A program made the translations under genes and the position numbers. From positions 4,000,001 through 4,064,000 of the forward strand of contig CAWKDB010000010.1 of NCBI GenBank assembly GCA_963848295.1: a stretch of 64,000 nt of DNA, given 5' to 3'. The notes beneath the pieces were generated by a model. It saw nothing but the letters and a program-made list of their open reading frames with translations, searched no databases and was not told the origin of the DNA. This DNA is from an uncultured delta proteobacterium (GTDB lineage: Bacteria; Myxococcota_A; Polyangia; Haliangiales; Haliangiaceae). The number at the start of each line of letters is the position of its first letter. Within the stretch, counting starts at the first letter, position 1. Shown here one piece after another: positions 1 to 11,589 of this stretch.

Positions 1-1071
1 CTCGAGCTGCGCGAGGATGCGATAGACGTTGTCGCGCTGCTCGTTCGGGAAGTTCGTGATCAACGAGCCGGCCAAGAAGCACACGACGATCGGCGACAAG
101 TGTAGATATCCGGCGAGGCCGGACGCGAACGCGATGCCACCGAGCATCAGCGCGAGAAATTCGGGATCCGATTGCGGCACGCGCAGCATCGCGAAGATCA
201 GCACGCCGACCGCGAGCCCCAAGCCGAGCGAGATGAAGATCCAGACGGTGTCCGGCAGCTGCCATGCGGTCGAGGCGTCGTCGCGGAAGTACGCGGTGAT
301 GAACAGCAGGCCGACGACGCCGACGAGCTCGTCGAGCTGCGCGAGCAACACATCCACGCCGCGGCCCTCGTGCCACGTGCGGTTCGCGAAGCCGCGGAAC
401 TTGCGCGGCGCGGTCATCGCCGCGGCGGTGCCGAGCAGCACGACGTCGCGCCACACGGCGGGCTGATCCCACGATTGGCCGAACGCCAGGATCACCGCGC
501 CGCAGCCGGCCGCGGTGACCGCGAACGGGCCGAGCGCCTCGACGAGGATCAGGTACGCGGTGCCTTTCGGGACGCGATCGAGCACGCGGATGTCGAGCTG
601 GGCGCCGATGATGAAGCCGAGCCAGCCCAGGCCGAAGTGGAGCACCGGGCGCAGCTTGCCGAGGACGTCGCCGGACAAGATGCCGATGTTCGGCAGCGCC
701 GCGATCATCCCGAGCGCGACGAACGGAAAGCCGGCCGTGATCACGCCGCTGATCCCGAGCCGCTCCTGGAACCGCACGACCCGGCGGTTGCCGCCGAGGA
801 ACGCGAGCACGAGCAGGGCGATCAGTCCGCCGATGACCTTGATCGCGAAGAGCGAGTCTTCGGTCGTCGTATGCGCCGGCTCGTCACGCGCGCTTGCCCC
901 GGTCGGGCCCGCGATCGGCACGTTGATGAGCTTCGATGCGGTGACCGCCCGCGGACGCAACGGTAACGGCAGCGCGCTTGCCGGCGCCGGAGCGACCGCC
1001 GAGCCCGATCCCGGCTGGGCCGACGCGACGCCGGCGCCGATCAACACCAGCACGAGGATCACGCGCTTCAC
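1..1071 (-). CDS. Cation:proton antiporter family membrane protein (runs off window start)
   Basis: Not in ORF track; translated by hand from GTG at 1071 (MKRVILVLVLIG...LGWLGFIIGAQLDIRVL...LGGIAFASGLAGYLHLSPIVVCFLAGSLITN), multi-TM Na+/H+ exchanger-like motifs. Confidence 0.7.
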   Translation of the reverse strand, partial: MKRVILVLVLIGAGVASAQPGSGSAVAPAPASALPLPLRPRAVTASKLINVPIAGPTGASARDEPAHTTTEDSLFAIKVIGGLIALLVLAFLGGNRRVVRFQERLGISGVITAGFPFVALGMIAALPNIGILSGDVLGKLRPVLHFGLGWLGFIIGAQLDIRVLDRVPKGTAYLILVEALGPFAVTAAGCGAVILAFGQSWDQPAVWRDVVLLGTAAAMTAPRKFRGFANRTWHEGRGVDVLLAQLDELVGVVGLLFITAYFRDDASTAWQLPDTVWIFISLGLGLAVGVLIFAMLRVPQSDPEFLALMLGGIAFASGLAGYLHLSPIVVCFLAGSLITNFPNEQRDNVYRILAQLE

Positions 1072-1529
1072 GGCGGCTCTCCCTCGAGGCGGTCGAACGC
1101 CTTCGCGAACGCCGCGTCTCGCGCGCACGTGCTCAACAGCGGCGCGACCGAGATCGCTTTGGCCGCGGCGTCGAGGTCGGCGTCGTGTGGGGCGAGCGCC
1201 GCGCGGAGTTGCGCGATCTTGTCGTGGCCGGCATGCAGGACTTGCGCGTTCGCGGTGATGACGTCGCCGAACGCGTCGGCGAGCGCGTCGAGGGCGACCG
1301 TCGCCGCCGCACAATCGGCGCTGCTCTCGAGCGCGTGCTGGAGCTGGTGGTAGAGATCGACGGCGCGATTCGCGAGGCGCGGCAGGTCGTCGACGAGCGC
1401 GGGCGGAGGTGCATCGGGGACCGCGGCGTCGACCGGGCTCGGTGGACGCGACGACGTGATCGACGTCGGATGTGCGGCGGGGTGGCCGCAGCCGAGGGCG
1501 ACGATCGCGGCCCAAGCCCTGCGCGACAT
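1068..1529 (-). CDS. Hypothetical lipoprotein
   Basis: Signal peptide with lipobox-like ALGC, Pro-rich linker, helical C-terminus; stop overlaps next start (GTGA). Confidence 0.65.
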   Translation of the reverse strand: MSRRAWAAIVALGCGHPAAHPTSITSSRPPSPVDAAVPDAPPPALVDDLPRLANRAVDLYHQLQHALESSADCAAATVALDALADAFGDVITANAQVLHAGHDKIAQLRAALAPHDADLDAAAKAISVAPLLSTCARDAAFAKAFDRLEGEPP

Positions 1530-1561
1530 CGGGTCATCGTGCCACGCCTAGCCGTGCGGCG

Positions 1562-3433
1562 TCACTGGCACTGGACGTCCGTCACGAGCGCACCGTTCGC
1601 GGCGGGAACGCCGAGAGGAATGGCGAGCACACCACCGGTCACCGTGGTTACCGAGCTCGGCGTCGAGCCGAGGACGATGACGTCATCGATCCCGTCGTTA
1701 TTGATGTCCGCGGTAGCGAGATCGACGAGATCGATCGGGATCGGCGCCGACGCGAGGGTCTCGAGCGGCTGACCGAGGACGGTGCGCGCGTACGACAGCT
1801 CGAGCAGCGTTCCGGCCTTGAGCTTCATCCCCCAGATCGCGTCGGCGGACTGGTCGGTGTCGAACTGGCCGACCGCGATCTTCTCCGGCGCGGTGAACGC
1901 GGGCTCGCTCGCGAGCGGGAGCAGCTCGTCCATGTTGTCGATCGAAGCGATCAAAGACGTGTCGAGCTCGGCGCCTGCAGCGGTCACGTTCGTGACGATC
2001 ATCTCCGAGTCGTCGCCGCCGGTGAAGCCGAGCGTCGCGCCCGCGACCGGCAGCAACAGCGAGCACACCCCGGAGCCGGTCGCGCACGGGTAGAACGCAT
2101 GCGAGGACACCGGCGTGTCCTGGAGGCCCGAGACGAAGTCGACCTCGAACACCGGATCGACCGACGTCGACCCGAGCGAAGGGTCGATCCGCGTCGCGCA
2201 GCCGCCGCCGTCGAGCAGGTTGCTGCCCGCCGGGATCGGGACCTGCGTCACGGTGTCGTCGGTCGCGGCCATCGAGTAGACGCCGGTACCGATGCCATGG
2301 AACACGAGCATCGGCGCCGATGTCCTGCACGCCGGGATGACGATCGCGTCATCGAACACGTTGAACCCGCACGCCGGCTTCTTCGAACATCCCATCAGTT
2401 TGGAGGTGCCGAGCAGCCTCGTCGCGAGGCCATTCTGGTCGACGGCGTAGAGATCGATGTCGGTGCCGGACGTCGGATAGGCCAACGCTGCGACCGGGTG
2501 GGTCGGACCCGTCGCCGCCAGCTTCGCGACGGGATTGCCCGGCGCCGCGGTGATGTTGCCGTCCGGCGCGACGGTGTAGAGGTTGAGATCGTCGAACCCG
2601 GGGTCGGTGTCGGTCTCGATACAGCCGAGCATCGACGTCGTGTCGGTCCGGCCGACCGCGCAGAACCGCGTGACACCGGCGGGCGGCGAGAACGTCGACG
2701 GTGTCGAGTGCGCGTAAGGCGTGATCGCGGTGTACAGCGGCAGCGACTGCGCGGCCCACGCGACTCGAACCTGGACGGCGTAACCGGCGACCGTGGCCGG
2801 CGGGACCGGATGGATCGTCGCGATGCCGTTGCACGTCAGCGTCGGCTCCGTCGGTTGCCAGGCGCCGTCGACGACCTCACCGTCGATCGTCGAGGTCACG
2901 GCGTCGCCGCCGGTCGCCGCGGTCGTGCCGGCCGGGCCGTAGACCGTCCACGTCACCGCGCGTTGATCGATCGAGTCGCCGTTCGCATCGATCGTCGTGA
3001 CGTATCGGCCGAGCGGGTCGGCGGTGCCCGTGCCGGTGTCGATCGGCGCGATCGAGACGGTCGCGGCGGGCAACGTCGTGATCGTGATCTGCGTGTCGCC
3101 CGACACGACATCTTGTTCGGCGCAACCGATCGACACGAGCGCGGTGCCGTTGAAGCCGCGCGCGACGATCACCTTGTGATCCGTGCGAGACAGACCATCG
3201 AGCGAGCCGGTGTTCGGCGCCGGCGGCGAGAGCGTCTCTTCGGCCACCTGGATCGCCGCGAGCTGGGCGGCGTCGAGGTCAGCGAACTCGATGTTCTCGC
3301 AGGTCAGGGTCGCCGATTGGTACACCGAGAGCTCGGTGCTCGACACGACGAGGCTCGCGGGGTGGTCGACCGTGATGCGGAGGGTCGGGTCGGACGCGCA
3401 GGCCGCGAGCACCAGCACCGGGCACCATCTCAT
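1562..3433 (-). CDS. Secreted lipoprotein with C-terminal FG-GAP-like repeats
   Basis: MRWCPVLVLAAC lipobox; C-terminal GQFDTDQSADA and ADINNDGIDDVIV motifs; start chosen 7 nt after TACGAT. Confidence 0.7.
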   Translation of the reverse strand: MRWCPVLVLAACASDPTLRITVDHPASLVVSSTELSVYQSATLTCENIEFADLDAAQLAAIQVAEETLSPPAPNTGSLDGLSRTDHKVIVARGFNGTALVSIGCAEQDVVSGDTQITITTLPAATVSIAPIDTGTGTADPLGRYVTTIDANGDSIDQRAVTWTVYGPAGTTAATGGDAVTSTIDGEVVDGAWQPTEPTLTCNGIATIHPVPPATVAGYAVQVRVAWAAQSLPLYTAITPYAHSTPSTFSPPAGVTRFCAVGRTDTTSMLGCIETDTDPGFDDLNLYTVAPDGNITAAPGNPVAKLAATGPTHPVAALAYPTSGTDIDLYAVDQNGLATRLLGTSKLMGCSKKPACGFNVFDDAIVIPACRTSAPMLVFHGIGTGVYSMAATDDTVTQVPIPAGSNLLDGGGCATRIDPSLGSTSVDPVFEVDFVSGLQDTPVSSHAFYPCATGSGVCSLLLPVAGATLGFTGGDDSEMIVTNVTAAGAELDTSLIASIDNMDELLPLASEPAFTAPEKIAVGQFDTDQSADAIWGMKLKAGTLLELSYARTVLGQPLETLASAPIPIDLVDLATADINNDGIDDVIVLGSTPSSVTTVTGGVLAIPLGVPAANGALVTDVQCQ

Positions 3434-3504
3434 CCACAAGATCGTATCACTCATCGTTGAGCGCTTCGCTGTGCGCCGGTTCACGTGTCGGTTATTCTCG
3501 CGCG

Positions 3505-4883
3505 GTGACATTCGATCGGCGGACGCTGATCCAGACCGGCTTGGCGATGACGGCCACCCGAGGCCGGACCGCGCCACGCTCTTACAATCTACAAGTCCTG
3601 GGCCAGGACGGAGCGCGCGTCGCGCTCGGCGCACGGCACGATCGTCGTCGGAGCAGGTTCGCGACTTGCGATCTCGTGCTCACCGATCCGCAGGTGTCGC
3701 GGCGTCACGCCGAGCTCGTCCATCACGCCGGATGGAATCAAGCATCAAGGATCTCGGTTCGACGAACGGCACGTGGTGGCAGGGCACGAGGGTCGGCGAG
3801 GTGGTGGTCCCTCCAGGTGCCACCATCAAGTTCGGCGAGACGCCGGTGCGCATCGCTGCTTCCGATGCGCCGTCTCTCCCACCTAGCGACCGCGATCACT
3901 TCGGAGATGTAGCGGGGCAAAGTGTCGCGATGCGCGAGCTGTTCGCGGTGCTCGAGATGGCGGGCCCGTCGGACGCGACCGTGCTGATCGAAGGCGAGTC
4001 CGGCACCGGCAAGGAGCTCGCGTCGCCAACGCGATCCACGACCTCGTCTGCGCGCGCGGCCGGCGCGTTCGTCGTCGTCGATTGCAGCGCGATCGCAGAG
4101 AGCCTGATCGATTCGCACTTGTTCGGTCACGTCCGCGGCGCGTTCACCGGCGCGGATCGCGATCGCAAGGGCGCGTTCGTCGAGGCATCGGGCGGCACGC
4201 TGTTCCTCGACGAGCTCGGCGAGCTGCCGCTGTCGGCCCAGGCCAAGCTCTTACGCGTGCTCGAAGCGCAGACCGTGCAGCCGGTCGGCGCGGATCGCCC
4301 GGTCAAGGTCGATACGCGCGTGGTCGCGGCGACGCATCGCAACCTCGTCGCGGATGGTCGCGGACAAGGAGTTCCGCTTCGACTTGTTCTACCGGCTCGC
4401 GGTGGTGCACGTCGCGCTGCCGCCGCTGCGCGATCGGCTCGAGGACCTGCCGCACCTGGTCGCGACGTTCTATCACCGGCGTGGCCTCGAGCCCGGACCG
4501 ATCGATGGCGACAACCTCGACAAGCTGCGGCGCTACGCGTGGCCGGGCAACGTCCGCGAGCTGCGCAACGCGCTCGAGCGCGCGTGGGCGATGTCGGGGC
4601 CGGGCGCGACATTTCGAGATCTGCAGGATGTGGCTCGATCACGTCGGCGGCGGCACCGCAGATGTCGGAGGTCGTCGACACCTCGCTGCCGTTCAAGGAT
4701 GCGAAGGAGCGCTGGAACGATCAGTTCGAGAGGCGCTACGTCGCGCTGGTGTTTGCGTCGAACGCCAGCAACGTGACCCACGCGGCCGAGCACGCCGGCC
4801 TGTCCCGCCGACACTTTCGCGAGCTGTTGTACAAGCACGGCATCATCGAACGCCCGACCGACGGCAGCGACGCCGAGGGCTGA
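3505..4883 (+). CDS. FHA-domain sigma-54-dependent transcriptional activator (several frameshifts, probably sequencing indels)
   Basis: FHA motifs VSRRHAEL and DLGSTNGT, Walker A GESGTGKE, GAFTGA, LFLDELGEL, FRFDLFYRL, WPGNVRELRN and C-terminal HTH spread over several frames. Confidence 0.85.
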
Positions 4884-6526
4884 TGATCGCTCGGTTCGGC
4901 GCGTACGAGATCCTGTTCGAGCTCAAGTCCGGCGGCATGGGCGCGGTGTTGCTCGGCCGCCGTCGCGGTCCCGGTGCGTTCGAGCAGCTCGTCGCGATCA
5001 AGACGATCCGCCAAGAGTACGCGAAGGCCGAGGCGGTGCGCGCGATGTTCCTCGACGAGGCGGCGATCCTCGCGCGGCTCGGCCACCCCGGCGTCGCGAC
5101 GGTGCACGACTTCGGCGAGGAGAACGGCGCCTTGTACATGGTGATGGAGTACGTCGCCGGCATTCCGTTCCGCGAGCTGGTCGATATGCGCCCGCCGCCC
5201 GAAGTGTCCGCGCGCGCGATCGCCGAGGCATGTCGCGGCCTGAACGCGGCGCACGAGCTGCGCGATCTCGCCGGCCACGAGCTCGGGCTCGTGCATCGCG
5301 ATATCAGCCCGGACAACTTGATGTTCGGCTTCGACGGCCACGTCAAGGTGATCGACTTCGGCATCGCGCTGGTCAAGAACCGGCAGGCGCCGGTCACCGA
5401 GTTCGGCACGGTCAAGGGCAAGCCGCCGTACATGTCGCCCGAGCAGGTCAAGAACGAGGCGATGGATCGGCGCAGCGACGTGTTCTCGCTCGGGACGGTC
5501 GCGTGGGAGCTGCTCACCGGCCGCGGCTTGTTCGAAGGCGAGACGCTCTACGCGATCGCCTACGCGGTCGACAACCAAGGAGATCGTGCCGCCGTCGCAG
5601 CTCGCCGGCGCACTGCCGAGCGGGCTCGACGCCGCGGTGCTGCACGCGCTCGACCGCGATCCCGGCAAGCGCACGCCGACCGCCGCGGCGTTCGCCGAGG
5701 AGCTCGAGGTCGTGCTCAACGCGCTCGCCGGCGAGACCCTCGAGTCGTGGGCGGATCGCGAGCTCAAGGTCGTGCGCGAGGCGCATCGCGAGTGGCTCGC
5801 GAGCGTCGCGTCCGGTGGGGTGAAGCCGCGGCCGGGGCGGGCGACCGGCTCGCACACCGAGATGGCGCCGATCGGGCTCGCACAGACGGAAGGGCAGGTC
5901 GTCAAGGCAACACCGATCAAACCGGGAGACGTCGACGGTCTCGGCGCGACCGCGCCGCAGACCTCGATCGGCGCAGGCGATGGCGACCTCGATGAATTCG
6001 TACCTCGCCGTCGCCTGGCGCTGCCGCTCGTGCTCGCGCTGTTCGTGTTGCTCGCGGTCGGCGGTGGCATCGCGCTGATGATGCGCGGCAACGACAAGCA
6101 CTCGGTCGTGGACGCCGCCGCCATCGTCGAACGCGCAGCCGATGCGGGCAAGCTCGTCATGCTCGAGAAGGACGCGAGCCCCCCGGTCGATGCCGCGATC
6201 GATGCCGAGGTGGCGCCGGTCGACGCGGTGATCGCGATCGATGCTGGCCACAAGCACCCGCCGAGCCATCGCGATGCGAGCGTGGTCAGGGTCGACGCGG
6301 GTGAGCCGCAAGCGATGGGCAGCGGGTTCCTGTCGATCGTCCCGCGCGATCCTGAGAACGTCGACGACGCGATGCTCGACGGCGAGCTCGTCCGGTTGCC
6401 GTACTACAAGCAGAAGGTGCGCGCCGGTAAGCACGTCGTCAAGTTCGTGCAGCGCGGCGGCGGCCACGTGGTCGACACGCAGAAGGTGACGATCGAAGAC
6501 GGCGCGTCACTCGAGGTCCGCGAGCA

Positions 6527-6530
<4 letters not shown>
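4883..6530 (+). CDS. Membrane Ser/Thr protein kinase (frameshift near 5580)
   Basis: [35 protein letters not shown]; continues in ORF 5586..6530 with TM helix and PEGA-like tail. Confidence 0.85.
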
Positions 6531-7390
<860 letters not shown>

Positions 7391-7426
7391 GACCTCCGCT
7401 TACCACGGCGGTGTAGACTGCGCTGT

Positions 7427-9139
7427 ATGAAGCGGGTCCTCTTGGTTTGTGCGATCGCAGCCTGTGCAAACCATCATCCGTCCGGCGACGACACCGCCGG
7501 CGAGACCCTCACGATCAATCCGCCGACGAGCGAGCTGATGATCTTGAACGGCGCCGCCGCGACCGAGGACTTCACCGCGACGTTGACCCACGCTGACGGC
7601 ACGACCGAGGACGTCACCGCGAACACGACGTTCGCGATCGATGCGACCTACGGCGCGTTCTCGGCCGCGACGCTGTCGATGAATGTCGCCGGCAAAGCGC
7701 AAGTCACCGCGACCGCGCAAGGCGTGACCGGGACGGCCGAGGTCATCGCGCGCCTCAAGTCGGTGCGGTTCGGCAGCGGGGTCGATCCCAACGCGCCGAG
7801 CTGGTTCTCGATGCCTGAAGATTCGAGCCACGCGCCGTCGATCGCGTATCCGCCGGTCGGCGTGATCGTGCCGCGCAACCTCGGCGATCTCGATGTCCAC
7901 TGGATCGATGCGTCGAGCGATGACACGTTCGAGATCTCGCTCGTCAGCGAGTTCGCCGATGTCCGCGCGTACGTCCACGGCGGCAACGGCTTGCCGGATG
8001 CGACCGCGTCGTGGATCGAGCTGACCGCGCAAGAGTGGACCGACGCGGCGGGCGCCGACTCCGCGATCACGATCGACGTCCGCGGCGTCAACAGCGCGAA
8101 TCCGGTGACCGTCGGCAGTGCGCCGGCGCAGACGATCACGCTGTCGAACGAGCCGATGCTCGGCGGGCTGTACTACTGGTCGACCGCATCGGCGAGCGGC
8201 GTCTACGGGATCTTTCGCCACGACATGAGCCTGCCGGGGCAGCCGGCGCAGGAATACATGACGACCGATCAGACCGCGGGCCGCTGCGTCGCCTGCCACG
8301 TGCTGTCGAGCGACGGCAAGGAGATGGCGGTGACGTTCGACGGTGGCGGCCAGCCCGCGACGATGGTCGACGTCGCGACCACGACGCAACAGCCGGTCAG
8401 CGCGTCGTGGAACTTCGGCACGTTCACGCCGGACGGCACGCAGTTCCTCTCGGTCGAGGCCGGCGTGCTCGTCGTGCGCGACTACGCGACCCAAGCGGTG
8501 ATCGTGACCGCGGCCTCCGACGGTTGGATCACGCATCCCGACCTGTCGCCCGACGGCACCGAGCTCGTGTACGTCCGCCCGACCGTGACGAACTGCGATT
8601 GGGCGTTCGGCGGCGGCCAGATCTACACGCGCAGCTACGATCAGACGACGCACGCGTTCGGCGTCGAGAATCTGCTCGTCGCCGACGCGAGCAACAACTA
8701 CTACCCGTCGTGGTCGCCCGATGGCCAATGGATCGTGTTCAACAAGTCGAGCGACAACTCGGGGAACGGCGCGTACAACAACCCGAGCGCATCGCTGTGG
8801 GTGATCGCCGCGAACGGGCAGTCGCCCGCGATCGAGCTCGCCGCCGCGAACTCGGCGGGGGCGAACCTGACGAACTCGTGGGGCCGGTGGGCGCCGTTCG
8901 CGCAGACCGTCGGCGCCGGCAGCGAGCCGATCTACTGGATCACGACGTCGTCGAAGCGCGACTTCGGCACGCGGCTCGTCGGCGCCCAGATCCCGCAGAT
9001 CTGGATGACCCCGTTCTTCCCCGGCCGCGCCGCCGCCGGTCAAGATCCGAGCGCGCCGGCGTTCTGGCTGCCGTTCCAGGCGATCGATAGCCGCAACCAC
9101 ATCGCGCAGTGGACGCAGCACGTCGTGACCGTCGAGTAG
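7427..9139 (+). CDS. Lipoprotein with TolB-like/PD40 beta-propeller
   Basis: Lipobox IAAC; HPDLSPDG and YPSWSPDGQWIVF repeats; CVACH motif. Confidence 0.8.
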   Translation: MKRVLLVCAIAACANHHPSGDDTAGETLTINPPTSELMILNGAAATEDFTATLTHADGTTEDVTANTTFAIDATYGAFSAATLSMNVAGKAQVTATAQGVTGTAEVIARLKSVRFGSGVDPNAPSWFSMPEDSSHAPSIAYPPVGVIVPRNLGDLDVHWIDASSDDTFEISLVSEFADVRAYVHGGNGLPDATASWIELTAQEWTDAAGADSAITIDVRGVNSANPVTVGSAPAQTITLSNEPMLGGLYYWSTASASGVYGIFRHDMSLPGQPAQEYMTTDQTAGRCVACHVLSSDGKEMAVTFDGGGQPATMVDVATTTQQPVSASWNFGTFTPDGTQFLSVEAGVLVVRDYATQAVIVTAASDGWITHPDLSPDGTELVYVRPTVTNCDWAFGGGQIYTRSYDQTTHAFGVENLLVADASNNYYPSWSPDGQWIVFNKSSDNSGNGAYNNPSASLWVIAANGQSPAIELAAANSAGANLTNSWGRWAPFAQTVGAGSEPIYWITTSSKRDFGTRLVGAQIPQIWMTPFFPGRAAAGQDPSAPAFWLPFQAIDSRNHIAQWTQHVVTVE

Positions 9140-9140
9140 C

Positions 9141-10028
9141 TTACTTCCTGCCGACCGTAGCGCTCGCGTTGAAGGTGTCGGGCGGAGCGAGCGTGGTCTC
9201 GTAGACGGTGACGCCGGTCGCGGCCGCGACGACGCTGCCGGCGATCGCGATCACCCACCACTTGCGATACCACGGCGCCGGCGGATCGTAGCGCAGGGGA
9301 ATCTCGCGCGGCCGATCCGGGTCGGCCCACGCGAGCACTTCGTTGCCGCCGGTGTCGTACGCGCGGAGGTAGACCTCGAGCGATGTCGGCTTCGTGCCGG
9401 TGACCGGCGGCAACACGATGCGCGCCTCGCTACCGGGTGGCTTGAGCAGCACGTCGGCGGCGCGCCACGCGTGGTCGCCCCGCGCGCGCACGAACAGCGT
9501 CGCCCGGCGCAGAAAGTCTTTCGGATCGGCGATGACCCCGACGTCGAGCGGGACCGGATCACCGACGCGTTGGCCGCGTGGCCAGGTGACGTCGAGCGAT
9601 GGCACGATCCGGCTCTTGGCCTCGCGCACCTCCTGGAACACGTCGGTCGCCTTCGCCGACATCTTGTACGACAACAGATGCCCCGGATCGAGCGCGAGCA
9701 TCATGTCGAACGCGGTGCGCGCGTCGGCGGGCTCGTCGACGTACGCGTGGCGGATGCCCTGCTGCTCCCACAGCGTGACGTTCGCGTCGTGATCGAGTGG
9801 GCCGCCGTGCGCCGCGGCATCGAGCTCGGCCTTCGCCTCGTCGTACTTGAAGTCGTCGAGGGCTTTCTTGCCGGCCGCGATCTTCGCGGCGCCGTCTCCG
9901 CGCGGCTTGCACGCGGTCGCCTCCCAGAATTGTCCGGCGGGGCAGGCCGGTCGCAGCGTGACGAGCCGCCCGCCGGTCGCCGCCGCACCACCACAGGCGG
10001 CGAGCAGGACCAACGAGAGCGCTCTCAC
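9141..10028 (-). CDS. TPR-like lipoprotein with C-terminal TM anchor
   Basis: GTG start VRALSLVLLAAC; helical TPR-like region; PWYRKWWVIAIAG anchor. Confidence 0.7.
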   Translation of the reverse strand: MRALSLVLLAACGGAAATGGRLVTLRPACPAGQFWEATACKPRGDGAAKIAAGKKALDDFKYDEAKAELDAAAHGGPLDHDANVTLWEQQGIRHAYVDEPADARTAFDMMLALDPGHLLSYKMSAKATDVFQEVREAKSRIVPSLDVTWPRGQRVGDPVPLDVGVIADPKDFLRRATLFVRARGDHAWRAADVLLKPPGSEARIVLPPVTGTKPTSLEVYLRAYDTGGNEVLAWADPDRPREIPLRYDPPAPWYRKWWVIAIAGSVVAAATGVTVYETTLAPPDTFNASATVGRK

Positions 10029-10041
10029 CGGGCCGATCGTA

Positions 10042-10767
10042 TCACCGCGGGCACGGGCTCGCGACGATGTTCCAGGTGAACGCGACCGAGCGCAGGACCT
10101 TGACCTGGTCGAGGATCGCCTTGTCGGTATCCGCGGTCCGCGCGCCGAACGGATACGCGAACGCGTTGACCGGGAAGCCCTCGTCGCGCAGCGCGGTGAT
10201 CGACGGCGTGACCTCGTCGTCCATGTAGGCATCGAGACCGTGATCTTCGACATACTCCGGGCCGCGCAGGTGCATCACGGTGTGCGCCTCGATCGCGTGG
10301 CCGGCGTCGGCGAGCGTGTGGAGCTCGGCGTGCTGCGCGTCGGACAGGTCGCGATAGCGGCTAACGAAGAACGTGACGTGCGCACCGTACTGCTCGAACA
10401 GCGGCAGCGTCGCGACCCAGTCGTCGACCGACGTGTCGTCGAATGACAGCGCGAGCCCGGGGCCGGGCTGGGTCGTCGGATCGGCGAGCTGCTCGTAGGT
10501 GTAGAACGACAGCCCGCGCTGCTGCGCGCCGGCGAGCACGTACTCGATCCTCGAATCGGGGATCGTGACGGTCGGATGGTGAGCGTAGAGCTCGGCGACC
10601 TCGCCGTGATCGGCGGCGCGATCGAGCGCGGAGTCGATGCTGGCGTTGCTGTTGTCGGCGTCGGAATCGAGCTCGACGCTGCAGTGCACGGTCCGGTGGT
10701 CCCAGTCGTAAAACGCCCCGTCGACCTGGCCGATGTCGAGCTGACAACCGGTCGCGATCACGACCAG
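10042..10767 (-). CDS. Polysaccharide deacetylase (CE4/NodB) family protein; start uncertain
   Basis: LSFDD, HTVMH, FAYPFG motifs. Confidence 0.8.
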   Translation of the reverse strand: MVVIATGCQLDIGQVDGAFYDWDHRTVHCSVELDSDADNSNASIDSALDRAADHGEVAELYAHHPTVTIPDSRIEYVLAGAQQRGLSFYTYEQLADPTTQPGPGLALSFDDTSVDDWVATLPLFEQYGAHVTFFVSRYRDLSDAQHAELHTLADAGHAIEAHTVMHLRGPEYVEDHGLDAYMDDEVTPSITALRDEGFPVNAFAYPFGARTADTDKAILDQVKVLRSVAFTWNIVASPCPR

Positions 10768-10788
10768 CGCGCATGCTAGGGTCGCGCC

Positions 10789-11589
10789 GTGCGATCGGCG
10801 ATCGGAGCCGCGATGTTGCTCGCGGCGAGCGTCGCGCGTACCGCCAGCGCGGGCCCGGCGGACGACGTCGTCAGCCGGCCGCTCACGCTCGAGGCCGGCG
10901 AGCTCGAGGCTCAGCTCGCGCTCGAAGCCGAGCTCGCCGTGCCGCTGTTCCAGCCGCTCGCGATCGCGCCGGACGTGTGGTTCGGCGTTACGCGGCGGCT
11001 GACGCTCGGCATCATCCATAGCGATCCCAGCCTAAACCGAATCCAGGCGAGCGCGAGCTTTTGCGTGAGGCAGAGTGCCCTCGAGTGTGACCGGTTCTAC
11101 GAGGGCAGCGGCGTCGATGCTCGCTACCTCGTGCTCGACGACGGCGCCTTCTCGATCGCGCCGCGCGTCCGCGCGTACGTCCGTGGCATCGATCCGGTCA
11201 AGCCGTCGGCGACGTTCGGCGCGACGCTCAAGTACCACCACCGCCAGTTCGCGATCGAGAGCGATCCGTATCTGCGGTTCTCGCTCGCGAACGCGCAGCT
11301 CGGCAACCGCGGCGGCATCGTCGTTCCGCTGTACCTCGAGTGGCAGCCGGCCTCGTGCTGGCTCGTATTCGCCCAGACCGGCTGGGATGCGGACTACGCG
11401 GTCATCTCCGACGGCTGGCACATTCCGTTCGGGCTCGGCGTGACCTGGCGCGCGACCCGGCAGCTCGATGTCGGCGCGGAGTTCGGGCTCACGACCGCGC
11501 TCGGGCCGCAGAACGACGCGAAGCAGCGCGTCGCGTTCGTCACGGTGGCGTGGCGATCGCGAGCCGGCGCCGCCGGCTCGGGCCGGTAG
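10789..11589 (+). CDS. Hypothetical outer-membrane beta-barrel-like protein
   Basis: Signal peptide, alternating beta-strand pattern with aromatic residues. Confidence 0.55.
   Translation: MRSAIGAAMLLAASVARTASAGPADDVVSRPLTLEAGELEAQLALEAELAVPLFQPLAIAPDVWFGVTRRLTLGIIHSDPSLNRIQASASFCVRQSALECDRFYEGSGVDARYLVLDDGAFSIAPRVRAYVRGIDPVKPSATFGATLKYHHRQFAIESDPYLRFSLANAQLGNRGGIVVPLYLEWQPASCWLVFAQTGWDADYAVISDGWHIPFGLGVTWRATRQLDVGAEFGLTTALGPQNDAKQRVAFVTVAWRSRAGAAGSGR

Noticed and set aside
4082..5995. Sigma54-activator/kinase fusion or programmed frameshifting
   Set aside because: The genes are separated by a TGATG stop/start overlap at 4881-4885; indels are scattered and lack slippery sites
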